Source: Calditrichaceae bacterium (lineage in GTDB: Bacteria > Calditrichota > Calditrichia > Calditrichales > JBFXGD01). Taken from it: a stretch of DNA of 15,791 nucleotides. Both the position numbers and the translations under genes were made by a program. Location: NCBI GenBank assembly GCA_050178385.1, contig JBFXGD010000072.1, forward strand, positions 1 through 15,791. The letters run 5' to 3'. Of the stretch, positions 15,220-15,791 are shown in pieces. Numbering within the stretch: position 1 is the stretch's first letter; every line of letters begins with the position of its first letter. Under the pieces are notes generated by a model, which saw only the letters and a program-made list of their open reading frames with translations, was not told the origin of the DNA and did not search any database.

Positions 15220-15273
15220 TAGTAACACTAAACTGAGTTACTAATACATTAGTAATAAGAAATATAGTTACTA
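15220..15273. promoter_or_regulatory. Tandem palindromic operator TAGTAAY-N10-GTTACTA x2
   Basis: TAGTAAC-N10-GTTACTA at 15220-15243 and TAGTAAT-N10-GTTACTA at 15250-15273, exactly 30 bp apart, in the divergent intergenic region. Confidence 0.7.
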
Positions 15274-15506
15274 AAAATTCTAGATCAAACATTTTTTTAT
15301 AAATATTTTAACCCATTGCTCATAATTATGCCCTATTTTCTAAAGGATTTATTTTCTTGTTCCGGATAATAAAACCAGTCATAAAAATCTTTCCCCACTA
15401 AATTCATCGGAAATGGAATTTTTTCACCAAAATATCTCTTTTTATCATGTTCAATTACTATAAATATTTTTATTGCGGATTATGGTCGATTACAGCAAAT
15501 TCCTTT

Positions 15507-15530
15507 TATAATATTTTCAAATTCAGGAGG
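15507..15530 (+). promoter_or_regulatory. -10 box and RBS for bcp
   Basis: Perfect TATAAT at 15507-15512 with no convincing -35; AGGAGG at 15525-15530, 7 nt before the ATG. Confidence 0.45.
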
Positions 15531-15537
15531 TTAAATT

Positions 15538-15791
15538 ATGCTTGATATAGGTAAAAAGGCGCCCGATTTTTCATTGCCGAACCAGGAAGGGAAATCTGTT
15601 TCGCTTTCTTCACACCTTGGTAAATGGATAGTGCTTTATTTTTATCCTAAAGATATGACACCGGGCTGCACCACCGAAGCCTGTAACTTTCAGGAATCTC
15701 TGCCGGACTTTAAAAGCATTGAAGCGGTAATTCTTGGGATAAGCAAGGACTCCGTAGAGAGACATAAAAAATTTGCAAAAAAACATGATCT
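15538..15791 (+). CDS. bcp: Thioredoxin-dependent thiol peroxidase (Bcp/PrxQ peroxiredoxin), 3'-truncated by the window edge
   Basis: Not in the ORF track. Manual translation gives MLDIGKKAPDFSLPNQEGKSVSLSSHLGKWIVLYFYPKDMTPGCTTEACNFQESLPDFKSIEAVILGISKDSVERHKKFAKKHD, containing the Bcp signature YFYPKD.TPGCT.EAC (CxxxxC). Strong RBS. Confidence 0.95.
   Translation, partial: MLDIGKKAPDFSLPNQEGKSVSLSSHLGKWIVLYFYPKDMTPGCTTEACNFQESLPDFKSIEAVILGISKDSVERHKKFAKKHD

Noticed and set aside
15044..15244. 66-aa plus-strand ORF in the divergent intergenic region
   Set aside because: GTG start without an RBS, low-complexity K/Q/N content, and overlap with the predicted promoter and operator.
15220..15273. 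Possible mini-CRISPR or transposon ends from the repeated 24-bp unit
   Set aside because: There are only two units with non-identical centres and a 6-nt gap, and no cas or transposase gene. An operator fits better.

Overview
The window is mostly one minus-strand gene cluster (15012->141). In transcription order it encodes a PrsA/SurA-like lipoprotein with a degenerate parvulin domain, a non-SusC TonB-dependent receptor, and a 1300-aa secreted protein with Ca-binding-type Asp motifs, an FN3 domain and a T9SS-like C-terminal domain. These are followed by a PorV-like beta-barrel, a T9SS cargo with four CBM20-like modules, an intrinsic terminator, a Na+/solute symporter and a MalE-like sugar-binding lipoprotein. 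A divergent bcp peroxiredoxin runs off the right edge. T9SS sorting domains without SusC/SusD point to a non-Bacteroidia FCB-group bacterium such as Calditrichota, Ignavibacteriota or KSB1 (inference). The cluster reads as a SusD-less, T9SS-dependent glycan (probably alpha-glucan) capture and uptake system. Notable non-coding signals are a tandem palindromic operator in the divergent intergenic region, a DnaA-box cluster over the start of the sugar-binding gene, an identical 12-mer before two adjacent genes, a long hairpin before the symporter, and heptamer repeats with a GTAG-REP-like palindrome at the left edge. All family calls come from recognising motifs by eye; no searches were run.
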